Of a DNA stretch of 64,000 bases, positions 36,404 through 49,428 are shown one piece after another; positions within the stretch are counted from its first letter, which is position 1, and each line of letters starts with the position of its first letter. The notes beneath the pieces were generated by a model, which searched no databases, was not told the origin of the DNA, and was given only the letters and a program-made list of their open reading frames with translations. Origin of the DNA: Tubulanus polymorphus (Eukaryota; Animalia; Nemertea); NCBI RefSeq assembly GCF_964204645.1, contig NC_134031.1:15177807-15241806 (forward strand), written 5' to 3'. The position numbers were made by a program, and so were the translations under genes.

Positions 36404-36714
36404 ATGATTTATAGAATTCATGGTAATTTTATTATATTAATTTAAAAATTTTAGAAACAGTTTGTTCTATGATGTAACTAATTCTAATTCTATTTATATT
36501 AATTTATTTATTTATTTACTCACTAGTGAGGTGGGTAATGAATTGTGGGGTTACAGGAGATTTGGAAGGATTGTTTTTAGTCATCCGACCTCGTCTTGTA
36601 ATAGTGTCTTAATAACTGATCTCTATTTTTTCGAATTTCGTAATAAAAAACAAGAAGTTTGATGGATTTCACTCCTGATTATTTCTTGTTTATTTCTGAT
36701 ACCACTGATGTATA

Positions 36715-36960
36715 GAGACTGCAGTTCACCCCTAGGGGGCACCACTGATAGATCGAGACTGCAGTTCACCTCTAGGGGGCACCACTGATAGATCGAGACT
36801 GCAGTTCACCTCTAGGGGTCACCACAGATAGATCGAGACTGCAGTTCACCCTTAGGGGTCACCACCGATAGATCGAGAGTGCAGTTCACCTCTAGGGGGC
36901 ACCACTGATAGATAGAGACTGCAGTTCACCTCTAGGGGGCACCACTGATAGATGTAGACT
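36715..36960. repeat. 40-bp tandem repeat (~6 copies) GAGACTGCAGTTCACCTCTAGGGGGCACCACTGATAGATC
   Basis: Direct; lies between the converging 3' ends of two genes. Confidence 0.93.
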
Positions 36961-37598
36961 GCATGGGGCACCAGCTGAGGGGTTGCAAATAATACCTCTC
37001 ACCTCCTGTAAGGAGCTCGTCATTGATATTAATGTTCTGTGACATTCAGTACTACATTTAACTGTATAATGTGTTATACTGGACTAAATATTACTGGACC
37101 AACTGTTGCTGGACTAACTGTTAATGGACTAAAATTAAATCTAAATACTGTTCATTATATGTTTAAATATTGTATAAAATTCTCCACCACCGAAAATAAA
37201 TTATTCATTATTGATTTTCCTAGAAAACAAGTCTTTCGGTTCTTGATTCGTCAGAGGAGGGTGTCCCGGGTACAAACCCAGTCTGAGTGGTCCTGAAGCT
37301 GTATAGAGGATGTACAGGGGTGTCCTGGGTTCGAACCCTGTCTTTCTAGAGTGGTCCAGGTGCTGTAAAGAGGATGTACGGGGGTGTCCCGGGTTCCAAC
37401 CCAGTCTAATACCATCTTGAGTGGTCCTGATGCTGTATAGAGGATGTACAGGGGTGTCCTGGTTCGAGGTGTCCTGGGTTCGAACCCAGTCTTTCTAGAG
37501 TGGTCCAGGTGCTGTAAAGAGGATGTACGGGGTATCCTGGGTTCAAACCCAGTCTGATACCGTCTAGAGGGATACTAATGCTAAAAAGATGCTCAATT

Positions 37599-37720
37599 CA
37601 CAGGGGCCTGTCACAATTTGATGGAGAATGGATGATACCAGTATCCCTATATAAAAAAGATTCTTTTTTATATAGGGATACTGGTATCCATCCTCCATCA
37701 AATTGTGACAAGCCCCTGTG
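37599..37720. repeat. ~120-bp near-perfect palindrome (hairpin MITE-like)
   Basis: CACAGGGGCCTGTCACAATTTGATGGAG...ATACCAGTATCCCTATATAAAAAAGA-T-TCTTTTTTATATAGGGATACTGGTATC...CAAATTGTGACAAGCCCCTGTG. Confidence 0.9.
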
Positions 37721-39585
37721 GCTCAATTGGAAGCATACAAGCGGTTGCGGTATTAGTTTTCATAAATCCTACTAGGGGACTATACAGTGCTGCCAATTAG
37801 ATGTCCTGAGTACAAGCCTGATCTAATTGACGCTGAATGTCCCAGGCTTGACCTAAATAATCAGTATCAGTCATTACTGGGTTTGAACCCGGGGCACCCC
37901 TGTGTATCCTCTGTTCAGCATCAGTACCACAATATGAATCAGTATCAGTCATTACTGGGTTTGAACCCCGGAAAAGCACTGTATATATATATATATATAT
38001 ACATCTTTATTAACGTGTCATCTCGATAAACAAGCCAGCCTATAATGAGGCTTACAAGCCTGTATATCCTCTATTCAGCATCAGTATCACTCTCAGTCAG
38101 TATCAGTAATTACTGGGGTCGAACCCGCGACATCCCTGCACATCCTCAATACAGCATCTTCAAATTTCTGTATCAGTATCGGAGATAACTGTGTCTGAAC
38201 CCACAATCCCCTGTATAATGATCCACTGTTCAGCAGTAGTAGGACTGCTCCAAATCGGTATCTCGAAAACAGGTTCCAGGTTCGAACCTGGGACGACCGG
38301 AGTCAGAAACAGAAAATAACTCGTTAATTAATTATGCATAAATGATTAATATCACTTTCTATTCATTAATGAAAACACGCGCATGAATAATTATAATAAT
38401 AATAATAATCAATTAGTCGCTAATTATTCTCTACAGATATTTAAACATTTATCAATCAATAAACAACCTACAGTGGAATCTCGTTACAGCGAACTTCACG
38501 GGACCAGAAAATATGTTCGTTATAACTGATAGTTCGTTATATCCAGTATGAAATTGATTAAATTTTCTTACGTGGGACCGGAAATTCTATATTTGTAATA
38601 TCGGATGAATCGTTGCATCAGAGTTCGTTATAACGAGGTTTCACTGTATTATTCTCCTGGATTCAGTCATCTTTCAATGGATTTATTAATCCTTATCCTA
38701 ATCCCTCCAAATCCATATACAGTATATTCATCTCTATTATATTATCTATATTTAGATTATTATCGTAAAATATTTTGATATGAGAGAGTTTAATTCACTA
38801 GCCATGGCTTGCGTCTTATAGAACACCGCCACCTATAGGCTAAAACTAGAGTCATTAAGACCCACTAGTTTTACACACTCAAAGCTTGGTTAATATCGAA
38901 TATTTCTGAATTTTACAACGTAACAAAAACCGTGAAAACTTATATAATTTAATCACTAATCATTCAAATATTGCATCCAATTCTAATTCTTCATTAATTA
39001 TTCGATCATCTATTTACAGTTTATACAAAAGCATCTTTCAAATTCAAATCAGGAACAGGGTGTCAACAGAGGAAGTAAAGGGGGTGAGGGGAAAGAGGGA
39101 GGAATGTTTATTAAATGCTTAAAACTTGAACAACGAAAACTAATTATACGTTCATCTGTTTTCATGGAAAATTTAGCTGCAAAAATTCATATCGTAACAA
39201 ACACGCGACGATACTCTACTCGAAGAGTCGAGTTTGATCCCGGATTAACCTACATTACGACGATCGGTATTAATCCCGGATTAACCTACTTCACCACGAT
39301 CGGTATTCATCCCGGATTAACCTACATTACAACAATCGGTATTAATTCTAGTTTCTATCGATTAACAAGAGAACGGCGATAAGCATAGATGAATATTAGT
39401 TTAAACCCGGTCTAAGATTAAGACACCAGGACGAGAAGTAGCAGCTGATCACAACACACAGATTTAATCTCAATCGAATATCTAGGAGTTTATATTTCAC
39501 TCCGTTGTGACCTCCAATGACTAGATACAAGTACATGCGGTGAATAACGCGGAACAATAAAATTCGTCGTCGACGTTTGATTGAT

Positions 39586-42500
39586 TCAACTGGTTAAATC
39601 TTTCAGGTTGTCGAGGAGACCTTCGGGTGTCAAAATCTGAGTCGAACCTACAAAATAAAATTCAACAATGCATCGGAGTTACCACGGAAATTGGAACGTC
39701 AGGGATAACTGAACTTACCGATGAGAACCTCCCAGTTTTTAACGGCTTGCGTCACCTCGTACGCACACCGCATCTCAGCGAACGAAACTCCACCAACTAT
39801 AAACACTATTAACCGGGGTCCGGCTTTATAACTGGACTGACCTTTCTCTTTATGCCACATTCCATAACGAGCACTACAAATATAAACATCATAGTGTCAA
39901 TGACTCAGCCACGACTCAAAGAGTCATCTGAGCTGACTGCACGACTCTAGAGTCATCTGAGCTGACTGCACGACACTCTTGAGTCATCTGAGCTGACTGC
40001 ATGACTGTAGAGTCATCTGAGCTGACTGCACCACTCTAGAGTCATCTGAGCTGACGCCATCACTCGGTTCATCAGTTGTGTTAAGTCAATAAATGAAGGA
40101 GGAGTCGATAAATACCTGACCGGTGCAGCTCTAATCATGGATCTACTGGAGGTTCCTCCCGGTAAATAAGGGTACGCTTTCGGATCTAATTTCTCATCGA
40201 CCGCGTCCTACAAACACAACATCATACACGCATAAAACAACCCTTAAATTCACGGTCAAACTTTCATCATGATAATTACCTCGATGATATCTTTAACGTA
40301 CGGAGTCCATCGGGACATCTGATACGCGTGTTCCAGAATCCGTTCTTTACGATTCAACGGTTGATACGGCTGATAATTCTTTCTGTTTCTGCCGCCCTAA
40401 ACACCAAACGAACGACATTACGATATCGTCGAACGAAATCGCAATATTTCGGATATAAGGACTCGAAATTTGAGGAAAATATTTATCATCAGAGATCGGT
40501 GAAACATTGAAAAGCCACATATAGCCACAATACAATATCATTACACAACATCAGTATTTTCAATAAGAGCCAGGTCCCAGGTTCCAGACCCGTCATTCAT
40601 TTGTAAAGGACCCGCCTGTTTTTTTAAACCTGCTTTCATTTCACGGAGTGTGAAATATTGCGGGACCCTCCTGTTTTTCAAAAGGACCTGGCTTGTTAAT
40701 TCCTTATTGAAAACACTGAACATGCTTATAAACAATTACAGTGGAACCTCTCATCATAACGAACTCGGATACAACATTAACGAGCTTGGATACAACGATT
40801 CATCGGATATAACAAATATAGAATTTCGGGTCCCAAGTAAGAAAATCTAATTAGTTTTCACACTGGATATAACATCTATTGGTTATAACGAACAGATTTT
40901 CTGTTCCCGTGAAGTTCGCTGTAACGAGGTTCCGTTGCAGTCGAAGCAGATAAAAGATGAAATGAAAGTATTCACATTCTAAAAACTTACAAATGCAGCG
41001 ATAACAGCAGCAGCAGCAGCAGCAGCAGCAGCTACAGCTACCAAAAGCAGCAGCAGCAGCAGCAGCAGAAGCTGCAGCAACAGCTACCAAAAGCAGCAGC
41101 AGCAGCTACAGCTACCAAAAGCAGCAACAGCAGCTAATCACAAACACTCATTGTGCTGGCGTCCTTGTATGCCATGTTGTTCATTTAACTTTTTTCTTCT
41201 TGAATAATTTTTAGATTTGTTCAAGGGGAAAGGGAAGAGGTATACTTACACAAGCACACTGGCTGTGAGAGAGAGGGAGGTGAGAGAGAGGGAGGGAGGT
41301 GAGAGAGAGGGAGGGAGGTTTGGGTGATACTTACACAAGCACATTGAGTATTCGTATAATCAAGTGCCGCTAAGAGAGGTAAGAGGTGCTATTGAGAGGT
41401 GCTGTTAAGATCGAAGCAGTGCCGCTGTTTAGAGGTATAGAGAGGTTAAGGAGGCAGGAACTACTTACATCAGGTAGTATTGGTACACCCGCTATCTGGG
41501 ATCTACTACTTACATCCTGTAGAATCGGAACTCCCAAATTCTGCATGTGAGTTATAATGGTTTTCTCGTTCTCAGGTATCTGAGCGTGCTGAACCAACTT
41601 AGCCAGATTCTCCTCGGTTATTCCTACAAAACATGTTCGCTTTAAAGCCGGTTATAACGAAACTCCGCGCAAACGGGGCCAAAATCGGTTTCTGTATCTG
41701 GTCGGAACTAATAACCGAATGCGCTTAACCCTTCCAATGTTGACTAAGCAATACCCTATAAGTGCTGGAGATAATTTGAAAATTTTGAAAAATTCCACCC
41801 TTGTGTGTTGAATAACGGGAATACCGCTATAATGCATCTGCACCATGATGCGGTGTATTGTTAATTACTTATATTTCATTATGTTTGACAGGTGCTGCCA
41901 TCTTTCAATAGAAATAAACTAATTACTAATTACACCAATACACCACAGTGCGGTGTACTAGCAAAATTCATCACTAATTCATACACAGCACTGCAGTGTA
42001 GACGCACTGAAAGGGTTAATTTCCAAACTATTTCCAATATATAGTTCCCACTAATTAACATTCCATTTCACTTAGTTTGACTATAGTCAACTAACTCTGA
42101 TAACCGAAGTCGGCCCGTGCGGGCGGGGCTAGGATTTTGGTACTGACCTCCCTTATAGATGACGTACAGCAAAATGATACGTATTTTATCGTAAGCCGTG
42201 ATGTTCTGATCGAGAAGAATAGGAACGATGTTTCGCATGTGATCTTTGATTTTCTCGCCCTCGGCGTCAGTTCCCATCGCCAAATCCTAAACACGAACAG
42301 TACAATATATACCGAACGAACTTCCGAGTCAAACTTAACCGAGGATATCAGGGGCGGATCCAGCCTTACCGCTTGTAGAAATGCCCTTCTATTTTTCAAG
42401 TTAATTAAAAATTATTCGATTTAAATGGCCAGTTTGAATAATCGAAAATGGGTAAACTTCTTAATTTCTTTGAATGATGTCAAAATGCCATATTTTAACA

Positions 42501-45500
42501 TGTTACACTAAATATCATACGGAAGGATTTCATGCCCCAAAGTAACTCCGCATCTTGGAGGCAAAAAATTCAAAATTTTCTATGACATAGGTGCCCTTCC
42601 GCAGATGAGCGGTACTCAGAAACCTAGGCTAGTTCCACCCCTGGAAATGAACGAGTTGTTGCTTCGAATAATCAACTGGGTTTCGAAACGTTGTATCCTA
42701 CCTGTTCAACTTTACACAGTTTATCCACGTGTCCCTGATAATGCTTCATGCAATCCTCGGCCAGGTGCAAATGTGTCGAATATTTACTCAGTTCTTTCTG
42801 ATATTGCGGCATCTTTTTAATCATTTGCGATAAATCTCTCATCGACGATTTGTCGTCGGATTTCATGCGTTTCTCGACCAGGAATGCTTTCAATTGTTTC
42901 GTAACTTGCCTGAAATTCATAGATTGAATCATAGTCACATTTAGAGTTCAATTAAGCCTATCTTAATAAGCCCTATAACCGATCTAATGATTTTAAGACC
43001 AGACCTAATTTACTTTAACCAAGGGGTTAACTCATTTCATTATAAATTGAGCTTACCCCGGATTAACCTTTCAGTGCTGACTTATTAACACCCTGTAGTG
43101 CTGAAGATAATTTAAAAATTTTGAAAAATTCCACCTTAGTGTGTTGAATAACAGGAATAGCACTATAGTGCGTCTACACCCTGGCACGGTATGTCGTTAG
43201 TTACTAATATTTCACTATATTTGACAGGTGCTGCCATCTTTTAAGAGAGAAAAATACTAATTACTATTTAAATCAATACACCGCAGTGCGGTGTACTTGC
43301 AAAATCCATCACTGATTCGTACACCACACTGCGGTATAGACGCACTGAAAGGGTTAAGGTTTATACTAGTCAATAAAACTGGTCCCAGTGGTTTAACCCA
43401 CAATCAATGACTGGTCCTTTGTCGATCCACTAGGATTCACAGGTTTGAATACTGATGGCAGTAGACAGTCATGCCTGATCAGCGTATATGAATAGATGTA
43501 CAGTAGATCACCTGGGACTGGAAAAGTTTGTCCGAATTAAAACGAAATCCGAATTATATTCTCCCAATCGACAAGAAATAACCGAGAGGACACTGGGAAT
43601 TTTAGTCCGAAATAAGTAAAAATCCGAATAAAACCGGTCCGAATTAAAAGAGTAGTACTGGATCCAGTTCCACAGTTCAAGATTTGCCTCAAGAGTTAAC
43701 TCATTGAAATAAACTATCCTGGTAATCTTAACTCGGAGTTAACTCTAACTCACAAGTGTGGAACAGGGTCGCTGTAGCGTAAACTTACTGCGAAACAATA
43801 GCTATATGCTGATGTCTGAGTCCACACCATAAATCATCGTTTTCATCCAGTAAAACTTCTTTCTCTTGAACGTCGCCGGGACTCACGGTGTTCTCATATC
43901 TATAACCGATAAAATCATTGTCAATTGTTAAACTCTGTCGCCTCGGCAAACTCAGGTAGGACCCACGGCGAGTAAAATCAACGAACTCACTTGTAAACGT
44001 CGTTATCGATCGGCAGTAAATCGTAAGCCATCGCTTGAAACGTCAATTCATGCAGCAACAACGAGACAGGGTCGAAACCACGGTCCAGAATCAATAACTG
44101 GGAACGATCTTTCTGAGGTCCCTGTTTAGAAATCAATATCATCTTTCATTCATTTCATCTACTTTCTTTTTATACCACATCTGAACAGTGTATTTAAATA
44201 TAGATCTAAGGCTATATTTAACCCCCTCTCCCGACCTCTACCCCTCACACGGTTTACCCCTCTACCTCTCCCCTCACATGGCTTTCCCTACTACCTCTCC
44301 CCACCTCTAACCCTCATATGGTTTACCCCTCTACCCCTACCCATATCCCTGACGTGGTTTTAGTCTACCCCTCACACGGTTAAAGCCTACCTCTCCCCTC
44401 CTCTACCCCTCACACGGTTTACCTCTCTACCTCTACCCCTCACATGGTTAAATCCTACCTCTCCCCTACCCCTCACATGGTTTAAGCCTACCTCTACCCT
44501 ACCGCTAACATGGTTTAAGCCTACATCTCCCTACCTCTACCCCTCACATCGTTTAAGCCTACCTCTCCCCTACCCCTCACATGGTTCAAGACTACCTCTC
44601 CCCTACCCCTCACATGGTTTAAGCCTACCTCTCCCCTACCCCTCACATGGTTTTAGCCTACCTCTCCCCTACCCCTCACATGGTTTAAGCCTACCTCTCC
44701 CCTACCCCTCACATGGTTTAAGCCTACCTCTCCCCTACCCCTCATATGGTTTAAGCCTACCTCTCCCCTACCCCTCACATGGTTTAAGCATACCTCTCCC
44801 CTACCTCTCACATGGTTTGAGCCTACCTATCCCCTACCCCTCAAATGGTTTAAGCCTACCTCTCCCCTACCCCTCGTATGGTTTAAGCCTACCTCTCCCC
44901 TACCCCTCATATGGTTTAAGCATACCTCTCCCCTACCCCTCACATGGTTTAAGCCTACCTTTCCCCTTCCCCTAACATGGTTTAAGCCTACCTCTCCCAT
45001 AGTGGCATCGTCTGCCTTGTAGGCATCGAGTTTCTGTTGAACCATCTGAGCGAATTCGAAGTTATTAGGTTGAAACGCCCCTCGGTAACGGATCGAAGGG
45101 TATTCACCCAGACTAGCGCACAGCGTGGCTAACTGTTCGGCGATCCGTTCCAGATGCATGTTACGTCCAGCCTGAAGTACCGGGTTATAGTAAAACTGAA
45201 ACGTCTGAGGAGCATCCAGAGAGAACACCTGCAATACACACACGAAATACCGTATAACACAATACGAGTGAACACTTACAACTCGTACAACATAACAACC
45301 CACTGAATGCCACACAAGGCATTATTAACAGGTTTGATGTTTCTTTTTCCCAATGGGGGTAAGATCAGAGAAGAACCTTAGACCAAGAAACCCTGTCGCC
45401 ACCAGGGTTTGAACCCATAAATTCTGGATTGACGAGACCAGTGACCGGCAGCTTAATACGTTCACTGCCACCTAGTGGTTTAATGTCCGGTCGCCATTGC

Positions 45501-48500
45501 CAACGCTAATTTTTGACATTATACAATTTATATACTGCCAGCACTATTTGTACATTGATAGATAAATACACTGATCTATTTTAGTGTAAAAAACCAATGA
45601 CGAGATAACTCGTCACTGGCACTGGTGAAGAGATTCTCAATTTTTTCTTGTCCCCATTGCCAGTGAAAAGCGTGAAAATCAAATAAAAATCTAATAAAGA
45701 ATAAAAGTTTTATTTTAAAAATGATATAGAATGATTTTAGCCGTTATAATCTCTCTAAATATTGGCCGGAAAAGAAGCTAAAATGCATTGCTTTCTGAAG
45801 ATTTTTTTGAAAAAATTTCAAGTGTGCACCAGACTTGAGTTACCCCCATAAATAATATCTTAGTCTCTCCATACTGCCAGACAATTATTATCTGGTTTCT
45901 CGCCTCTGCCAGGTCATTCATAACGCTGTAAAATGACATTGAATCGATGACGATATAACTCCATGCACCCACCATGACGATTTATCTCGTCAGCGGCAGC
46001 GAACGTGTTAACCCCATCGGCCACTGCGCCTCTCCTAGAAACTCAATGCTGAAGTCGTCGACAGTTGAGACAATTATTTAGTTGATGACTTTCAATTAGG
46101 AAATCGAATTAGAAACACAAATTGTAAACTCAAAAACAGAAGCGACTTCAGTAGTGTTATGACTTATCTGAATGATGACTTATACTTAGTAAATTGAAAT
46201 AGAATTGCTAAAAAATAGAGACCACTTCAGTAATGTTACGACTTATCTAAATGATGACTTATACTTTGAAAATTGAATCGTTAATACAAATTTAGACTAA
46301 AAATAGAGTTGACTTCAGTTGTCAATGCGACAATTTATTCTAACTTTTGAGGGTAATTAGCGATTAAGTTCCGAATAATCATTACCTGACTTTCATACGG
46401 TAGGAAAGCTATGTTGATTTCTTTAAGAGTCTTGATGAATTTCGCCACGTACGATTTACACAATTCATTAAACAACTGATCAGGGCAGGCTGGAAAATAG
46501 ACAGGATACGATAAACAAACCATCGGGGCAGGCTAGAGAATAGAGTAGATGCAATAAACGAAATAGATTCGATTCTTAGATAAGAGTTAACATCTTCACT
46601 ACTGCAGATAATGTAACGCCCCCCACCAGGATTCGAACCGGATGGCATTATTCAATTCAAATCAATTCGGCATTAAAGGTACTGTTTGTTTTTTTTGGTT
46701 TTTGTCGCTTAGATCTTGGTTTCCCAGGACTAAACCCTATTGGATTATTCATTCAACCTCACGATAGGACGGCCTTTGAAGTGTTGCCCGCACGCTGTAA
46801 GCAGGCAGCAGGACTCGAACCCTCCATCTATAAGTTAAAATTGGAACTAAATTGAAGCGGATGGTTATTTAGTACGACGACACACCAGCGGCATAGTGAC
46901 TCACGACACCAGAGCAATTGTAGTAAACGCATATATTTGCGATGGAATGGAAACAAAGAGGTTTTAAGATCGGTCTATTTCCAATATTCTAACCATTAAT
47001 AACTATGGAAACCTGTCCCCAATTCTTATGTTTTGTTGCCTTTTCAGAGAATTTCAGTTCAAATACAAATACGTTTTCAAATAAATCTGATTAGACGGAA
47101 TGAAGAATGATTTAAACGGATGTATTTATGTGTAACAGCTTACGGAGCTTACCTTCAGTGAAATAGACATGAGCCGCTCGGTACATTTTAGTAGCTCCCG
47201 TAAAATCTGACATCAGCTGCCGCATCGACTATAAATATAGAAAAACGATGTTTCATTCTAACTGCAGGGATGAAAATGACCCATATTGAAAAAGTCGGAA
47301 AATATTTTTAAAAAAAGAATTTTTTGTGGGGAATAAAAATCAGTTACTTTTAGCCAAAAAACTTACTTTCTTTTGGTCAAAATGTTAATAGTTTGGGCCT
47401 GAATTAGAGTCGCTTTTTGAATGAGACGCCATTTTGGTTTCTCCGACTCCACAGTTGTGCTAACTACCTCAGAAAACTGTCTTAAGGAGCACTCCTAACT
47501 GCGGAACGCTCCGATGTGACGCCCGCGATTGAGACGATTTACACCGATCTCAGGAATAAAGAAAATGTTAGAAAAGGTCGGAAATCCGTCTATGGTCGGA
47601 AGACTTTCATCCCTGTAACTGTGAGAGGAGGGGAGGGGTCAGCTGGTCAGGGGGTGTTTTTACCTTTTCCGTCGGAGTTAACAGATAAATACATTCTAAC
47701 AATGGAAGCGGTTCACGTCTTTTACCGATATCTTCAACCACTACAAATATATAAAATACAATCACCATCAGTATCTTACACACAGAGTACAGGGGGGAGG
47801 GGTCGTTTAACAAAACCACAGACAGGTTACTGAATGGGGGTGGGGACGATGTAGTTAGTTACATAATCGTTATTGGTAAGCTTTTATAATTGGATGGGCT
47901 TTTACCAACGTGAAAATATCCGATCGTAAAACTAAACCACAGACAGGTTACTGACTATCATTTTGGCTGACAACAAACAACAAACATAGTTCATGATTCA
48001 TTTACTGACTAGGGGGGTAGGGGTAATCTCACCAATCAACCTTTTTGAAAACAACTATAAGATACTAAACTAGGAAAGACCAGCAAGGCTTGTGAGGTGT
48101 ATTGATGGAGATGGGGTGAGTGGGTAATACTGACGTGTAATACCCTCACACATGAAAGCGGAGGGGAGTGAGGCATGAGGGTATAATACTTACAACTAAT
48201 ACCCTCAGGCTTCGACATGAAAGGGGAGGGGAATGAGGGGAATACTTAGGCTACATGTAATACCCTCAGATATAAAACTGAAAATAGAGGGGGAGTGAGG
48301 GGGTTATACTTATTTGTAATACCCTCATACAGGGGAAGGTAGTGAGGGTAATACTTATGTGTTATACAGCTATGAAACTGAAAGGGGAAGGGAGTGAGGG
48401 GGGCTGTAATGCATCAGTCAATGAAAGTCCTACGGGGGCCGGGAAACGAAAATTAGTGCAAATTAGCGCCGGCGCTAGGATCGCTCAATCAGGACTTTTC

Positions 48501-49428
48501 CCTGCTACCGGTACCGGTTATTTTTATCGCTGCTGTAGCGCTATGGATCGCCTACACACACAGGGATTCCTGCGCTATGGATCGCTTAAGTATGCAGGGA
48601 ATTGTGCGCTACGGATCGCCGTGGGATACGGGGAATACTTTAACACTGGACATCTGCAGTTTGAGAATCGTAAAAAATCTGAGATTCGATTTCTCTAAAC
48701 GATATTATCATAAAAATATTACAAACCAATGTTTGAAAAAAGTGATCTAATTGAGCTCTTAAAAATGGTAAAAATATGAATTTATGGAAATAAAAAGTTC
48801 GTAGTTGAAGATGGCACAAGCGGCGTTGCGGATCGACATTGCGGGTGAGGACGTCGGCGCTATTTGACGCTGTGGATCGGGTCCGTACACAAGGACTAAT
48901 CCCTAAAGCTGCGCTGTTACCGGTATGCGATCCACTCATTTTTTCCCTGGATCGCCTCTGTCTCGGCGCTATGGATCGCTAATTTTCATTTCCGGAGTGA
49001 GGGAGGGGGGCTGTAATACTTACGTGTAATACCCTCAGACATGATGTCACACATTTTACAACAAGATGAAATCATTCTCATCGATAACTGATCGACGACT
49101 AAAACTTTCCAGTCGTCTCTCTTTTTACTGTCATCACGAATCACATCCGCGATTATCTCTACAAATATCAAATCAGACAATTCAGTTTAATTTGGAATTG
49201 AATTGAATTGAAAAGAATCAGACAGTGAGTGACAGACAGTGACAGCTCAGTTTAGCTCGTCTGAAACAAGCTTCTATTTCATCAAATTCTTTCAATTGAA
49301 TGTTTTTAGGTTCTTCAGTAAATATTCTTGCGTTATCAAATCAGATAAAACAATGTTTTAATTATGGTTTTAAAAAGAGAATTGCGATTAAAAAACTCAC
49401 TCGTAGCCACTGCTTGTTTTAACGCCAT
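39586..49428 (-). CDS. STXBP1: Syntaxin-binding protein 1 / Munc18-1 / UNC-18 / Rop, complete (~15 exons)
   Basis: [12 protein letters not shown]...[42 protein letters not shown]; [19 protein letters not shown]; [29 protein letters not shown]; [24 protein letters not shown]; [10 protein letters not shown]; YQMSRWTP; [23 protein letters not shown]; [15 protein letters not shown]-stop. Confidence 0.97.
39910..40056. repeat. 30-bp tandem repeat GAGTCATCTGAGCTGACTGCACGACTCTA (~4 copies)
   Basis: Direct; STXBP1 intron. Confidence 0.9.
41004..41135. repeat. (CAG)n-rich microsatellite, intronic; another pure tract at 62333-62390
   Basis: Direct. Confidence 0.9.
41725..42019 (-). mobile_element. 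piggyBac-type MITE family A, copy 4, nested in a GGGCC(A/G)A-terminal MITE (41675-42117)
   Basis: TTAA-CCCTT...AAGGG-TTAA; flanks match the uninterrupted element at 60167-60330. Confidence 0.88.
43063..43357 (-). mobile_element. piggyBac-type MITE family A, copy 5
   Basis: TTAA-CCTTTCAGTGC...GCACTGAAAGGG-TTAA. Confidence 0.88.
44220..44998 (-). repeat. 33-bp minisatellite built from the STXBP1 exon end and donor (GGAGAG|GTAGGCTTAAACCATG...)
   Basis: Tandem GGTTTAAGCCTACCTCTCCCCTACCCCTCACAT; the terminal copy overlaps the exon end ...ATMGE. Confidence 0.92.
45453..46011. mobile_element. Second TTAA-targeting (piggyBac-like) non-autonomous element inserted in a tRNA-derived SINE-like head
   Basis: TTAA-TACGTTCACTGCC ... 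GGCAGCGAACGTG-TTAA. Rejoined flanks on the minus strand read TGGCCGATGGGGTTAAGC...GGTTCAAACCC (A/B-box-like). Confidence 0.72.
47852..47957. repeat. ~105-115 bp dispersed repeat; copies at ~49851-49953, 50434-50548 and inverted at 50780-50893
   Basis: TAGTTACCTAATCGTTGG..GTAAGCTTTTTATAAT...AAACCACAGACAGGTTACTGACTA shared. Confidence 0.85.
48438..48994. mobile_element. Non-autonomous DNA transposon-like element with multiple GGATCG subterminal repeats
   Basis: CCGGGAAACGAAAATTAG ... CTAATTTTCATTTCCGG inverted ends; about ten GGATCG/CGATCC motifs. Confidence 0.6.
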
